Below are positions 1 to 8,509 of a DNA stretch of 60,643 nucleotides, piece after piece. Under the pieces are notes generated by a model that ran no database searches, was not told the DNA's origin, and saw only the letters and a list, made by a program, of their open reading frames with translations. Positions within the stretch are counted from its first letter, which is position 1. Each line of letters opens with the position of its first letter. Both the position numbers and the translations under genes were made by a program. The stretch comes from an uncultured Candidatus Saccharibacteria bacterium (GTDB lineage Bacteria > Patescibacteriota > Minisyncoccia > Phycocordibacterales > Phycocordibacteraceae): NCBI GenBank assembly GCA_964357395.1, contig CAYHLC010000002.1:107033-167675 (forward strand). The letters run 5' to 3'.

Positions 1-1151
1 TGCTTAATGATATCGACTGGCTTGGACTAAAAAGGGATAATACGGAGATCTGGCGACAGAGCGAGCGCACCGAAGTATACAAAAAGTACCTGCACAAGCT
101 GATAGACGAGGGCAAGGCGTATATCTCGCAAGAAACTGAGGGAGAGAATAAGGAGGTGGTCCGTTTTAAGAACCCAAACAAGAGAGTGATCTTCCAAGAT
201 TTGGTACGCGGCGAGATTGGTGTCGACACCACAGACCTTGGCGACTTTATCATCGCTCGAAACATTAATGATCCGATCTACCATATGGCTGTTGTCGTTG
301 ACGACTTTGAGGCAGGAGTGACACACGTCATCCGCGGTGAAGATCATATCTCAAACACACCACGGCAGATACTAATCCAAGAAGCAATCGGCGCAGTGCG
401 GCCCGTCTATGCGCACTTGCCGCTCATAGTCGCAAGTGATCACTCCAAGCTCTCGAAGCGTAAACATGGCGTGGCGGTATCGCTCGACTACTATCGCACC
501 CTCGGCTTTTTGCCCGTGGGCATCGTCAACTACCTCGCACTCCTTGGGTGGAACCCGGGCACGGAGCAAGAAATCTTTACGCTAGACGAACTGAAGGCAG
601 TATTTGCAATTGAGCAGGTACAGAACCACGCAGCAATCTTTGATATCATCAAACTCCGCTGGGTAAACCGAGAGCACATGCTGAAAATGAGTGAGCCGGA
701 CTTCGTCGCTTATGCCAAAGACTATGTCAGCGAGGGGACAGCGGCGGTGTTGCCAAAGCTAGTTTCTGTTATGCGGGAGCGAGCCTCGACCTTCGGAGAT
801 ATCCAGGAGGCAGACCAAGCAGGCGAGTTCCGCTACTTCCACAGTACCCCTGTCTACGAGGCTCCCGCCCTCCTATGGAAGCAGGAGTCGCAAGCGGACA
901 CAAAGAGGCGCCTGGAGGCCGTTTTGGGCCTATTAGAGCCAGTTTTAGAGTCACAATGGACCACGGAGGGCGTTAAAAGTGCTGTATGGCCGTATGCAGA
1001 ATCGGAGGGCAGGGGACAGGTACTATGGCCACTCCGCATGAGCCTCTCGGGGAGGGAAAAGTCGCCCGACCCCTTCGTAATTGCAGGTATCATAGGGAGA
1101 GATGAAACTCTTAAGCGCATTAGCGCTGCTGTTAGTTGTCTTTCTCTCTAG
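1..1151 (+). CDS. gltX: glutamate--tRNA ligase, 5' end cut by window edge
   Basis: Frame 3 is open from base 3. Translation has class I core strings HMAVVVDD, THVIRGEDHISNTPRQ and a KLSKRKHG (KMSKS-type) loop. The ORF-track M at 156 is internal. Confidence 0.93.
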   Translation, partial: LNDIDWLGLKRDNTEIWRQSERTEVYKKYLHKLIDEGKAYISQETEGENKEVVRFKNPNKRVIFQDLVRGEIGVDTTDLGDFIIARNINDPIYHMAVVVDDFEAGVTHVIRGEDHISNTPRQILIQEAIGAVRPVYAHLPLIVASDHSKLSKRKHGVAVSLDYYRTLGFLPVGIVNYLALLGWNPGTEQEIFTLDELKAVFAIEQVQNHAAIFDIIKLRWVNREHMLKMSEPDFVAYAKDYVSEGTAAVLPKLVSVMRERASTFGDIQEADQAGEFRYFHSTPVYEAPALLWKQESQADTKRRLEAVLGLLEPVLESQWTTEGVKSAVWPYAESEGRGQVLWPLRMSLSGREKSPDPFVIAGIIGRDETLKRISAAVSCLSL

Positions 1152-2427
1152 TGCCGCCTTTCCTGCGCATGCCGAGACCCCTGAGGAGATAAAGGCCAAG
1201 ATCGAGACCCAGAACCAGAAGATCAAGGCGCTGGAGCAAGAGATTGCCAAGTTCGAGGCCGAGCTGGTGGAGATTGGCAAGAACAAGAGCACCCTCCAGA
1301 GCGAGGTCAACCGTATTGATACCTCTCGAAAGAAGATTGCCTCCGACATTGCGGTTACGCAGAACAAGATTACGAGCGCGACGCTAGAGCTCGATAAGCT
1401 TGGCAATCAGATTGTAGATAAGGAGACGCGGATCGGAAGCGGCAAGAGCGCGCTCGGCGAGGCACTGCGCTCCTTGCAGAGCATTGCTGACACCACACTG
1501 ATCGAGCACTTCCTGTCGTCGAGAAGTGGTATTGCGAGTGTTTGGCAGGGTGTCGACATGCTCCTCACGCTCGAGTCGAGTCTCAGCGACGAGATAGATA
1601 CGCTCGTCGAAGCCAAGTACGCGCTCACCATCGACAAGGAGGAGGTGAGCGTGCAGAAAGCGAGTCTCTCGTCGCTGAAAACCACACTGAGCGGACAGAA
1701 GACGGTCCTGGACGAAAATCGCAAGGAGCAGGCCACACTGCTTACCGAGACCAAGAACAAAGAAAGCGAGTACCAAAAGATAGTGAGTGCAAAAAAGATT
1801 GCCAAAGAGCAGTTCGAGCGCGAGCTGAATCTGTATGAATCGCAGCTGAACTACACACTCGATACGAATGCTATCCCTGCTGCTGGGTCAGGTGTGCTGC
1901 AGTTCCCACTCGACCCGCAGTACATGCAGCGCTGCAAAGATAGGCAGAGCACGTTCAAGAACTTGTACTGCATCACGCAGTACTTCGGTGACACTCCATT
2001 TGCACGCTCGGGTGCCTACAACGGCAAGGGCCACAACGGTATCGACTTTGGCGTACCCGAGGGTACCAAGGTGGTAGCAGCCTTGTCCGGCATAGTCCAG
2101 GCCGTTGGTAATACTGACGCTTACCCAGGCTGTTACTCGTATGGCAAGTGGATGCTCATCAAACACGGGAACGGACTTACTACACTCTACGCACACCTTT
2201 CGGTAGTGTCTGTAGGACAGGGGACGGAGGTACCTGGAGGCGCTGTCATCGGCTACACCGGCAAGACCGGCTATGCGACAGGGCCGCACCTCCACTTCAC
2301 ACTCTACGCGTCGGAAGCGGTGAAGCTGGTTAAGATGGGCGACATTAAGTCGAAGACGAACTGCGCGAACGCGATAGTGCCTGTTGCTGCAACCGAAGGT
2401 TATCTCAATCCAATTTCGTATCTTTAG
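1102..2427 (+). CDS. secreted coiled-coil M23 metallopeptidase (EnvC/LytM-like)
   Basis: Signal peptide LLLVVFLSSAAFPAHA, long E/K/Q-rich coiled coil, C-terminal GHNGIDFGVPEGT and GPHLHFTLY zinc motifs. Overlaps the gltX 3' end by 50 nt. Confidence 0.88.
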   Translation: MKLLSALALLLVVFLSSAAFPAHAETPEEIKAKIETQNQKIKALEQEIAKFEAELVEIGKNKSTLQSEVNRIDTSRKKIASDIAVTQNKITSATLELDKLGNQIVDKETRIGSGKSALGEALRSLQSIADTTLIEHFLSSRSGIASVWQGVDMLLTLESSLSDEIDTLVEAKYALTIDKEEVSVQKASLSSLKTTLSGQKTVLDENRKEQATLLTETKNKESEYQKIVSAKKIAKEQFERELNLYESQLNYTLDTNAIPAAGSGVLQFPLDPQYMQRCKDRQSTFKNLYCITQYFGDTPFARSGAYNGKGHNGIDFGVPEGTKVVAALSGIVQAVGNTDAYPGCYSYGKWMLIKHGNGLTTLYAHLSVVSVGQGTEVPGGAVIGYTGKTGYATGPHLHFTLYASEAVKLVKMGDIKSKTNCANAIVPVAATEGYLNPISYL

Positions 2428-2509
2428 CCACCCTGATATACACACACAGCCCCCTCGGCCTCCCTGCGGGGACTACAATGTGGGTATTAGTAACTTTTAA
2501 TAACAAGCG

Positions 2510-2725
2510 ATGAAATACGTACACATGATCGCGTTCGTCCTCCTTGTGATAGGTGGCCTTAATTGGGGGCTTACCGCACTCGGCTACAACGTGGTCTACA
2601 TGATCCTCGGCTCGTGGCCGATGGTCGAGCAAGCTGTATACATCCTTGTGGGCCTCTCTGCGGTGTATCTCGCGATCACACACGGAAAGGACTGCAAGAT
2701 GTGTTCAGCTGGCCCAATGATGTAA
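2510..2725 (+). CDS. DUF378-family small membrane protein
   Basis: 71 aa with GGLNWGLTALGYNVV and LVGLSAVY strings typical of DUF378. Followed by the hairpin terminator at 2793. Confidence 0.75.
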   Translation: MKYVHMIAFVLLVIGGLNWGLTALGYNVVYMILGSWPMVEQAVYILVGLSAVYLAITHGKDCKMCSAGPMM

Positions 2726-2792
2726 CCAAAAGTTACAAACTGTAGTAATATATTTTGTGTGCCGCCATTAGGGCACCAAAGATTGTGCAAAC

Positions 2793-2816
2793 AAAATCCC
2801 CTAATAGGGGATTTTT
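2793..2816. terminator. bidirectional intrinsic terminator hairpin
   Basis: AAAATCCCCT-AAT-AGGGGATTTT, a perfect 10-bp stem flanked by A and T runs. Confidence 0.7.
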
Positions 2817-3195
2817 GTTGCCTAGACAAACGTTACTTTAGAAGAGGAAGGGGACAGGGAGTATGTTCCCTGCAATCAGCTTGACCACCTCGAGCGTGAC
2901 GTCTGGATCAAAGTCTGTGGGGCCGAAGCCAGAACTCTTCTCTAACTCAGCAAGCTTTCTTAGTTTTAGTTCTTCAGTGAGCTGCACAAGGTTGGCAGCA
3001 GAGAGGGTAGGGTCGGTTAGTGTAGCATATTATGGTCTGTTGTCAAATATGCCTTCTTCATAATCTTCATGTTTGTCAAGAGTAGGGGAGGAGTGCCAAT
3101 ATAGGCCTAGTGGTGTGAAATACGCTACAACACCCCTGTGGATAACTGTCAAGCTCACTCGTTAGAGCTCATCTGCTGCTCAACGTGGCCGGACC

Positions 3196-3444
3196 CTAGT
3201 CGTGCTCGTCGCTAGGTGCGCCCTTGTCGATGGCAGCAAGTATCCTACGGGCACGCTCTGGGTCGACTCTTCCGTTTGACCCCCTCTTAAGCACATTGAT
3301 GCTTATGACCAAAAGGACCATAGCCGCAATTGCTGCTGCCGTAATTACCACTGCGTCAGTCTGCGAAAGTGACTCTGGACCCATTGCGGCCAGCTTATAG
3401 GACCTGGGCCAAGCCGTCCAGGAGCCCCTAGGCATGCTTCGCAA
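3196..3444 (-). CDS. small single-pass membrane protein (hypothetical)
   Basis: ORF with one hydrophobic helix VVITAAAIAAMVLLVISINVL and a charged tail. The start may be the internal MGPES. Confidence 0.45.
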   Translation of the reverse strand: MRSMPRGSWTAWPRSYKLAAMGPESLSQTDAVVITAAAIAAMVLLVISINVLKRGSNGRVDPERARRILAAIDKGAPSDEHD

Positions 3445-3725
3445 AAGATATATTGTGCGAAGCTTCTGTATATAGGGCCAACCCTTCCTAAAACCCCTTC
3501 TCCCTACCGTCGGGTCCGTGTGATCTAGCTGGTTACCGCAAATACTCTAATCAAATTATTACTAAGAATGACCGCGTATCACTGCTCCTCTGTCGGGTTT
3601 GCGTCTGGGAGTTAAACTTCGAATTAGTCTGTATCAACTGTGTGTCTTTACCAGCGGCGATACTATTCCCCACTGTTGTCAAGTGGGTAGGATGAGGTAA
3701 ATAAATCCGTGCAAGAATAGCTACT

Positions 3726-3950
3726 ATGCCAGTCGAGCGCGCACTCGGAGTTCTGCTTGTCCTTGGTGGAGGATATGTCACTCTTGCGTACGCACAGCCC
3801 GCAGCCTATCGGATGTGGGCGCATATGGACAACTCTGCCTCAAATGAATACGTGCAGGCCAGCTTCGACGCGTGGGTCGATATAGGAACAGCGCTCATCC
3901 TTATTATCGGCGGCACGCTGATCGAACGCCTAGCCAATAAGCGCGGCTAA
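3726..3950 (+). CDS. small 2-TM membrane protein (hypothetical)
   Basis: 74 aa with two hydrophobic helices. Converges on 3947..4234 with a 4-nt overlap. Confidence 0.5.
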   Translation: MPVERALGVLLVLGGGYVTLAYAQPAAYRMWAHMDNSASNEYVQASFDAWVDIGTALILIIGGTLIERLANKRG

Positions 3951-4234
3951 TCGGAGGCAGGGTGCTTGGGGCGGGTGGCGATGAGGACTATCTCGGCTAT
4001 GGTGGCAATGACATAGACGCGCCAGCCTATGTCGAAGTAGTCGGTGTCGTACTCAGCGTCCCAGCTACCGAGCGCCATAAGCATGGCGAAGGCGGCCGCG
4101 TTCCGCCACAGCAGGCCATGCATCGATGGGATACCGGTGTACGGAAACTGACCACGAGATAGCGTGAGCGCGATGCTGACCACAGGCTTCAGTGTATTCA
4201 AGGTGAGCCCGTTAACTATCTCGCGGTGATGCAT
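3947..4234 (-). CDS. small multi-TM membrane protein (hypothetical)
   Basis: 95 aa with hydrophobic segments. Starts 1 nt after the stop of 4236..4532, last gene of the protease operon. Confidence 0.55.
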   Translation of the reverse strand: MHHREIVNGLTLNTLKPVVSIALTLSRGQFPYTGIPSMHGLLWRNAAAFAMLMALGSWDAEYDTDYFDIGWRVYVIATIAEIVLIATRPKHPASD

Positions 4235-4235
4235 G

Positions 4236-4532
4236 CTACTTTGACTCTTGTGTCTGTATGCATGCTACGTACTCGTCATAGAGCGAAGTGTACTCCGAGC
4301 AGCCCTCCTCGAAGAGCGGGGAGTCGTTGACACACTTGTTCCCGTCCCTACCCCACTCAAACCCGGCGTAGTAAGGCGAGTTAATCGAATACGGATTCTC
4401 TGGCTCTATGCAGCCGACTGTTGCAGGGGACGGTCCAAACTGAAATGGGTTGCCGTGGTCAGTAAAAAAGGTGTTGTACCCAACCCACAAAACAATAATA
4501 ACGAGTACGAAGTATACGAACTTCTCTAACAT
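4236..4532 (-). CDS. membrane-anchored Cys-containing exported protein (hypothetical)
   Basis: N-terminal anchor FVYFVLVIIVLWVGY, four Cys in the soluble part. Lies 4 nt downstream of the protease gene. Confidence 0.6.
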   Translation of the reverse strand: MLEKFVYFVLVIIVLWVGYNTFFTDHGNPFQFGPSPATVGCIEPENPYSINSPYYAGFEWGRDGNKCVNDSPLFEEGCSEYTSLYDEYVACIQTQESK

Positions 4533-4536
4533 GCCT

Positions 4537-5682
4537 TTATTTTACTACAGGCTCAGGCTCTTGCGGGAGCTCATCTGGGGAGTACAGGTCAATGCCGTAC
4601 ATGCCAGCTCGGAACGCGTCGTTGTACATGCGCAGTTTCTGAGCGCGCTTTAGGAGGCCAGCTTTCAAAGTGCGGCGTAGATACTGCGACTGATCGGTAA
4701 CAAAGATTTCTTGCGCGAGCTCGGCTTCGCGACCTGGTGCATGTGCAGTAAGGATAGATCGGATAGCTGCGAGCGCACTGTCGAAGCTAACCGGCAGTGC
4801 CTCGATGGCCTCGTCCTTCGGATGCTCCTCGCGGCCAGCAATGATGTCCTTCAACGCCTCGTTTATCGCTATAAAGGTCTTGCTGTGCTTGGCGAGTGTG
4901 CGTGCCTCATTGCCATGGATAGCTACTGCAAAGCGTGCGTTACCTGGGTCGCGTAGCCCGCCCATGTGAATGCCAACAACCTCACCCTTCTCATTCAGAA
5001 CTGGCGCACCCGAGCTACCCGCTGCAGTGCCAACACCTTGCATCTTAAAGCCGCGGCGCAATACTCCTATGAAGTCCTTGTCTTCGTGGTTCGTATGTTG
5101 CTTATCGTCGATGCCTAGAACCACAACCTCCGCATGGCCAGGTACCTGGCCCATTGCCTGGGTATTGGTGAGTGGGTACGAAATAGTATCTACCTGCTGG
5201 CCCGGCTTGACCTCGTCTGAGTCACCGAACGTGAGCGCCTCTGCGGGTGGCAAGTCGCCGTCTGGAATCGTGACGGTAAAGAGAGCTAGGTCGCGCTCAA
5301 AGTCGATATGGCGGAGCGTCGCCTCAAGCCCTCTGCTGTATACCTTTGATTCAAAGTTGACTGAAACTCGCTTGAAGACGGCCGCAACGTGCGCGTTGGT
5401 CATAATGGTCATCGTCTGCCCCTCGACAGATGTAACAAAGCCAGTGCCAACCTCCTGCACACGCTCGATATCGGCCACCTCCTCATCAGAATTTGGGAAT
5501 ACGGGTTTCATTACATCATTCCAGCCGGTTAGGTATACGACTGAGCGGCCGAGACGCTCCAGGCGCTGCTCGCGTGACTCGGCATGCAGCTCAAACTTGG
5601 GGTACGGAGCGGCATCTCTTTGACCAGCGTCAGCAGTGAGCCGTGTGTGCTCGCGCGCAATAGCTCCGTCTGGAGAAAACAT
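4537..5682 (-). CDS. trypsin-like (S1/chymotrypsin fold) serine protease, no signal peptide
   Basis: Candidate triad context: TNAHV (His), ERDLALF (Asp), GSSGAPVLNEKGEVVGIHMGG (Ser). About 100 aa helical C-terminal extension. Confidence 0.8.
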   Translation of the reverse strand: MFSPDGAIAREHTRLTADAGQRDAAPYPKFELHAESREQRLERLGRSVVYLTGWNDVMKPVFPNSDEEVADIERVQEVGTGFVTSVEGQTMTIMTNAHVAAVFKRVSVNFESKVYSRGLEATLRHIDFERDLALFTVTIPDGDLPPAEALTFGDSDEVKPGQQVDTISYPLTNTQAMGQVPGHAEVVVLGIDDKQHTNHEDKDFIGVLRRGFKMQGVGTAAGSSGAPVLNEKGEVVGIHMGGLRDPGNARFAVAIHGNEARTLAKHSKTFIAINEALKDIIAGREEHPKDEAIEALPVSFDSALAAIRSILTAHAPGREAELAQEIFVTDQSQYLRRTLKAGLLKRAQKLRMYNDAFRAGMYGIDLYSPDELPQEPEPVVK

Positions 5683-5724
5683 ATCTTGACGCTATCACAA
5701 TAGTCCCAAAAGTCAATTAGTGCG

Positions 5725-6057
5725 CTACCAACCGCGCCTAATTGCGTCTGCCTGCTCCTCCTCGTGCGACTTTGCCTGCGCCGAATGGATTTTTTGGTCA
5801 GTTACGTTTGCGTGTGTCGCGAGCGAAATCGCTAACCCCGTCACAAACGTCGCGCCTCCTAGTGCGATCCACAGCGCCCTCTCTGTATCGGCAGACAGCT
5901 CGTCGCTATAGCTATCGATAACGATCCCGCCACCTATGACTGGCGCAGTGAGCGCCAGCAGCGCAACTCGAAGCCAGAATACCCAACGTGCACTATCCGC
6001 TGCCATGCCGTGCCTGCGCTCGGCTGCTTGCCCATGACCATCAGAGTATTCGCTCAT
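5725..6057 (-). CDS. small 2-TM membrane protein (hypothetical)
   Basis: 110 aa with two hydrophobic helices. The -10 TATGCT (6064..6069) lies 6 nt from the ATG. Confidence 0.55.
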   Translation of the reverse strand: MSEYSDGHGQAAERRHGMAADSARWVFWLRVALLALTAPVIGGGIVIDSYSDELSADTERALWIALGGATFVTGLAISLATHANVTDQKIHSAQAKSHEEEQADAIRRGW

Positions 6058-6098
6058 ACATTAAGCATACTGGACAATCTTAAGTTTGGTTACATAGC

Positions 6099-6123
6099 AA
6101 AAACCCCGCTTGCGCGGGGCTTT
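6099..6123 (-). terminator. intrinsic terminator after 6144..6461
   Basis: Minus-strand RNA GCCCCGC-GCAA-GCGGGG followed by UUUUU. Confidence 0.75.
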
Positions 6124-6143
6124 GCGACCGGTACTCCGGTTAG

Positions 6144-6461
6144 CTACATAAGCTTGGCAGCCCTAATTGCGTTACCGCCAATTCGGAACAGCACTCCACC
6201 AAGTGCGGCCTTTGCCCACTGATTAGTAGAGAGTGGATCATTGAAGTGCACCTCTGATAGGTCTACGTCCCATGTCTCAGGGGCTGCTAGCTTGTACTCA
6301 TCACTGCCAGCAGTCATATCATTAAGTGCATCTGCTGCCTCTACTCCGTTAACAACATACTGTCCGATGTTGAATAAGGCGATAAAAGCTGCGGTCCAGA
6401 GCGCCTGGGCACCGAGGAACTTCAGTGCTACATTTCCATTTTCTTTTCCTGCTACACCCAT
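6144..6461 (-). CDS. small membrane protein (hypothetical)
   Basis: 105 aa with N- and C-terminal hydrophobic segments and its own promoter and terminator. Confidence 0.6.
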   Translation of the reverse strand: MGVAGKENGNVALKFLGAQALWTAAFIALFNIGQYVVNGVEAADALNDMTAGSDEYKLAAPETWDVDLSEVHFNDPLSTNQWAKAALGGVLFRIGGNAIRAAKLM

Positions 6462-6490
6462 ATATTTTAATTAGTATTTAATAAAGTACC

Positions 6491-6520
6491 GGTATACCCT
6501 TTGTACCCACTCAGTGTCAA
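6491..6520 (-). promoter_or_regulatory. sigma70-type promoter of 6144..6461
   Basis: Minus strand TTGACA-18-TATACC. Shares the blocks AGTGTCAAAC and GTACCGGTATAC (plus-strand reading) with the promoter at 6996..7024. Confidence 0.6.
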
Positions 6521-6539
6521 ACGAGTTACTGCTACACAC

Positions 6540-6563
6540 AAAACCCCACCGAAGTGGGGTTTT
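6540..6563 (-). terminator. intrinsic terminator after 6580..6957
   Basis: CCCCAC-UUCG-GUGGGG hairpin followed by UUUU on the minus strand. Confidence 0.75.
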
Positions 6564-6579
6564 GTCAAACATCGAGGTC

Positions 6580-6957
6580 TTAGTGGTGACCACCACCTCC
6601 CCCACCGCCTCCTCCCGCTAGGACCTTTCGTGCGCCAAAGGTTAGGGCACCAACAAGGGTCGCCATACCGAGGCTAGTGATATCAAAACCTATAGTGTCG
6701 AAGTCTAGATACGGGTTGCTTAGGCTGTTCCAGAACTCAGATCCATTGAACCCAAAGCCAGTGCTCCACTCTCTTACTGAGAGGTTGTCGAACTGCGAGT
6801 ATACAGCATAGCCGATATTCATCAATATTGCGCCCATAACCGCGTTGATAAGGAGGATGCCAGCTGGTGCTAATTGCTCTGGCACTAGCTTCATTGCACG
6901 CTGCTCTGCTGGCGCAAGAACAAACGATTCTAATAGCTTTGCCGGATTAAAGTCCAT
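6580..6957 (-). CDS. small 2-TM membrane protein with poly-Gly-His C-terminus
   Basis: 125 aa with two hydrophobic helices. Ends AGGGGGGGGGHH. Confidence 0.6.
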   Translation of the reverse strand: MDFNPAKLLESFVLAPAEQRAMKLVPEQLAPAGILLINAVMGAILMNIGYAVYSQFDNLSVREWSTGFGFNGSEFWNSLSNPYLDFDTIGFDITSLGMATLVGALTFGARKVLAGGGGGGGGGHH

Positions 6958-6995
6958 AAGTTCTTTCTTTGACTTATCTTGCTTATAACCGTACC

Positions 6996-7024
6996 GGTAT
7001 ACTCCTCGATACTGTGAGTGTCAA
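6996..7024 (-). promoter_or_regulatory. sigma70-type promoter of 6580..6957
   Basis: Minus strand TTGACA-17-TATACC, with the same extended blocks as 6491..6520. Confidence 0.6.
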
Positions 7025-7078
7025 ACTTATTATGCACCCACACAAGAGGCTACGCTTTCGCAGGATTTTTTATTCGGA

Positions 7079-7435
7079 CTAGTCGTACCAGCCGCGCGTG
7101 TCCGTCTTCCTGCGGGGATAGGCCATTCCCATACCTACGCCGGCTCCAAGGAAGACAAGCACGTCTCGCCAGAAGCGACCTTCAGCGGCACCCTTCGCTG
7201 CAAGAAGGTCCTGTATCGTGCCGTTTGGTGTTGCCTTATCTGCAAATGCGATATTGTAGTCCTTAGTTGCTAATTGCAGATCCGCATGTGCGTCTACAAT
7301 TTCCGGCACCATAAAGACGTACAGTAGGCCGCCGAGCATAGCAAGGGTGAGAGTCTTTCCGAACCACTCCGAACCACTGTCCCGAGGACTAAAAACTTTT
7401 GCTTCTGCCATATACGAAAAATTAGCTTGTAACAC
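7079..7435 (-). CDS. small 2-TM membrane protein (hypothetical)
   Basis: 118 aa ORF. An ATG at 7411 (MAEAKVF) is the more likely start. Two hydrophobic helices. Confidence 0.55.
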   Translation of the reverse strand: MLQANFSYMAEAKVFSPRDSGSEWFGKTLTLAMLGGLLYVFMVPEIVDAHADLQLATKDYNIAFADKATPNGTIQDLLAAKGAAEGRFWRDVLVFLGAGVGMGMAYPRRKTDTRGWYD

Positions 7436-7469
7436 TAGGTATACTTGACTAGTTCAGATTTGGTTACAC

Positions 7470-7496
7470 AAAAACCCCGCTTTCGGCGGGGCTTTT
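7470..7496 (-). terminator. intrinsic terminator after 7509..7832
   Basis: GCCCCGC-CGAAA-GCGGGG followed by UUUUU on the minus strand. Confidence 0.75.
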
Positions 7497-7508
7497 GTTA
7501 ATCAGAGA

Positions 7509-7832
7509 TTAGTACCGACTTACGTACTCCTTATCGTAGGTGGCGTACGGCCTCATCTTAAAAGCAGCCCAGAGCAGACCGCCCGCGCCGAACGCATACA
7601 GAACCTTTCTCAGGTCGTGTCCAGCCTGCTCCGTTCTCAGATTTTCATACTGAACAAGGTCGTTTGCTTCCCGCGCCCTAGCAATATCATCAATCAGGCC
7701 GATTGCCTCGTTGTGCTCGTGCGCCGCTGCCATTCCAGCTTCACACATAGCCAAAGCAAGCGCCGCCATACCGATAACCTTTGCAAAGGCTGTTCCGATG
7801 CTCTCCTCCTGCCACACATGTTTGTAACCCAT
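7509..7832 (-). CDS. small 2-TM membrane protein (hypothetical)
   Basis: 107 aa with two hydrophobic helices. Promoter TTGACA-17-TAAAAA at 7862..7890. Confidence 0.6.
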   Translation of the reverse strand: MGYKHVWQEESIGTAFAKVIGMAALALAMCEAGMAAAHEHNEAIGLIDDIARAREANDLVQYENLRTEQAGHDLRKVLYAFGAGGLLWAAFKMRPYATYDKEYVSRY

Positions 7833-7861
7833 AAGTAATCTTTAATATATAAACGTAACTG

Positions 7862-7890
7862 TTTTTAACATCTATATATACTCTTGTCAA
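7862..7890 (-). promoter_or_regulatory. sigma70-type promoter of 7509..7832
   Basis: Minus strand TTGACA (7885..7890), 17-nt spacer, TAAAAA. Confidence 0.55.
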
Positions 7891-7910
7891 TAATCTCTGG
7901 TTACGAGCTG

Positions 7911-7936
7911 AAAAGCCCCTCCGGAGAGGGGCTTTT
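7911..7936 (-). terminator. intrinsic terminator after 7946..8416
   Basis: AGCCCCTC-CGGA-GAGGGGCT hairpin flanked by A and T runs. Confidence 0.75.
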
Positions 7937-7945
7937 ATGAATGAT

Positions 7946-8416
7946 CTATTTGGCGAGGGCGAGCTTGCCCCAACAGGCACGGCTGGCGTTCCAGGGCTTG
8001 GTGCCCTGCGTCTCATAGAGGTGCATAGCATAGGCAAGGTTGCCCTCAAAGGACATGAGGTCCATACCGAGCTCGGTTGCATCCTCGAGGTGGTAGCGAG
8101 TGTTGATCTGCATAACGCCGACGTCGGCACGGACCTTCTCTCCACGGAGCACCTCGCCGTTAGAGCCAAAGTGGCGGAAGTGCGACTCGCAGCCAGCGAT
8201 CTCTACCATGACCGGTGCGTCTTCGAAGTACTCAGAGAGGAGTGTACGCATCTCGGCAGGGGTCTCCGGTGGGGCGACCTTCTGCGCAAGGACCATTGGA
8301 TCTGCAAATGTGCCATGAACCGCAAAAGCGGTTCCGGCCATGAATGCGATGATTGGGAGCATGTAGATTTGTTTGGGCCTGCCTGCGCAGGCAGGTACGA
8401 AAAAAGCCGCCCACAT
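7946..8416 (-). CDS. membrane-anchored lytic transglycosylase / lysozyme-like (SLT-type) protein
   Basis: N-terminal hydrophobic anchor. IAGCESHFRHF (catalytic Glu-Ser) and VGVMQINTRYH strings resemble the SLT domain. Confidence 0.7.
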   Translation of the reverse strand: MWAAFFVPACAGRPKQIYMLPIIAFMAGTAFAVHGTFADPMVLAQKVAPPETPAEMRTLLSEYFEDAPVMVEIAGCESHFRHFGSNGEVLRGEKVRADVGVMQINTRYHLEDATELGMDLMSFEGNLAYAMHLYETQGTKPWNASRACWGKLALAK

Positions 8417-8509
8417 GGCGACTTGGAATTTATACTAGCATTTGACAGACCCCTGTGTCAAGCTCTCTGAATCAGAAAATCCTACACCATGGCCCTACTG
8501 AGCCATATA

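Noticed and set aside
1102-1151. The 50-nt overlap between the gltX 3' end and the M23 peptidase start was considered as a possible frameshift or fusion.
   Set aside because: Both reading frames give complete, sensible termini: a GluRS C-terminal tail and a signal peptide. A simple overlap, or a slightly later peptidase start, is sufficient.
2838-2987. Possible small gene on the minus strand between the DUF378 gene and 3196. It has a TTGACA-16-TACACT promoter and a protein-like open frame (…LTEELKLRKLAELEKSSGFGPTDFDPDVTLEVVKLIAGNILPVPFLF*), followed by the 2793 hairpin.
   Set aside because: There is no ATG in frame, only a GTG giving 49 aa with no SD and no leaderless spacing. It may be the 3' remnant of a lost gene. 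The evidence is insufficient to call it.
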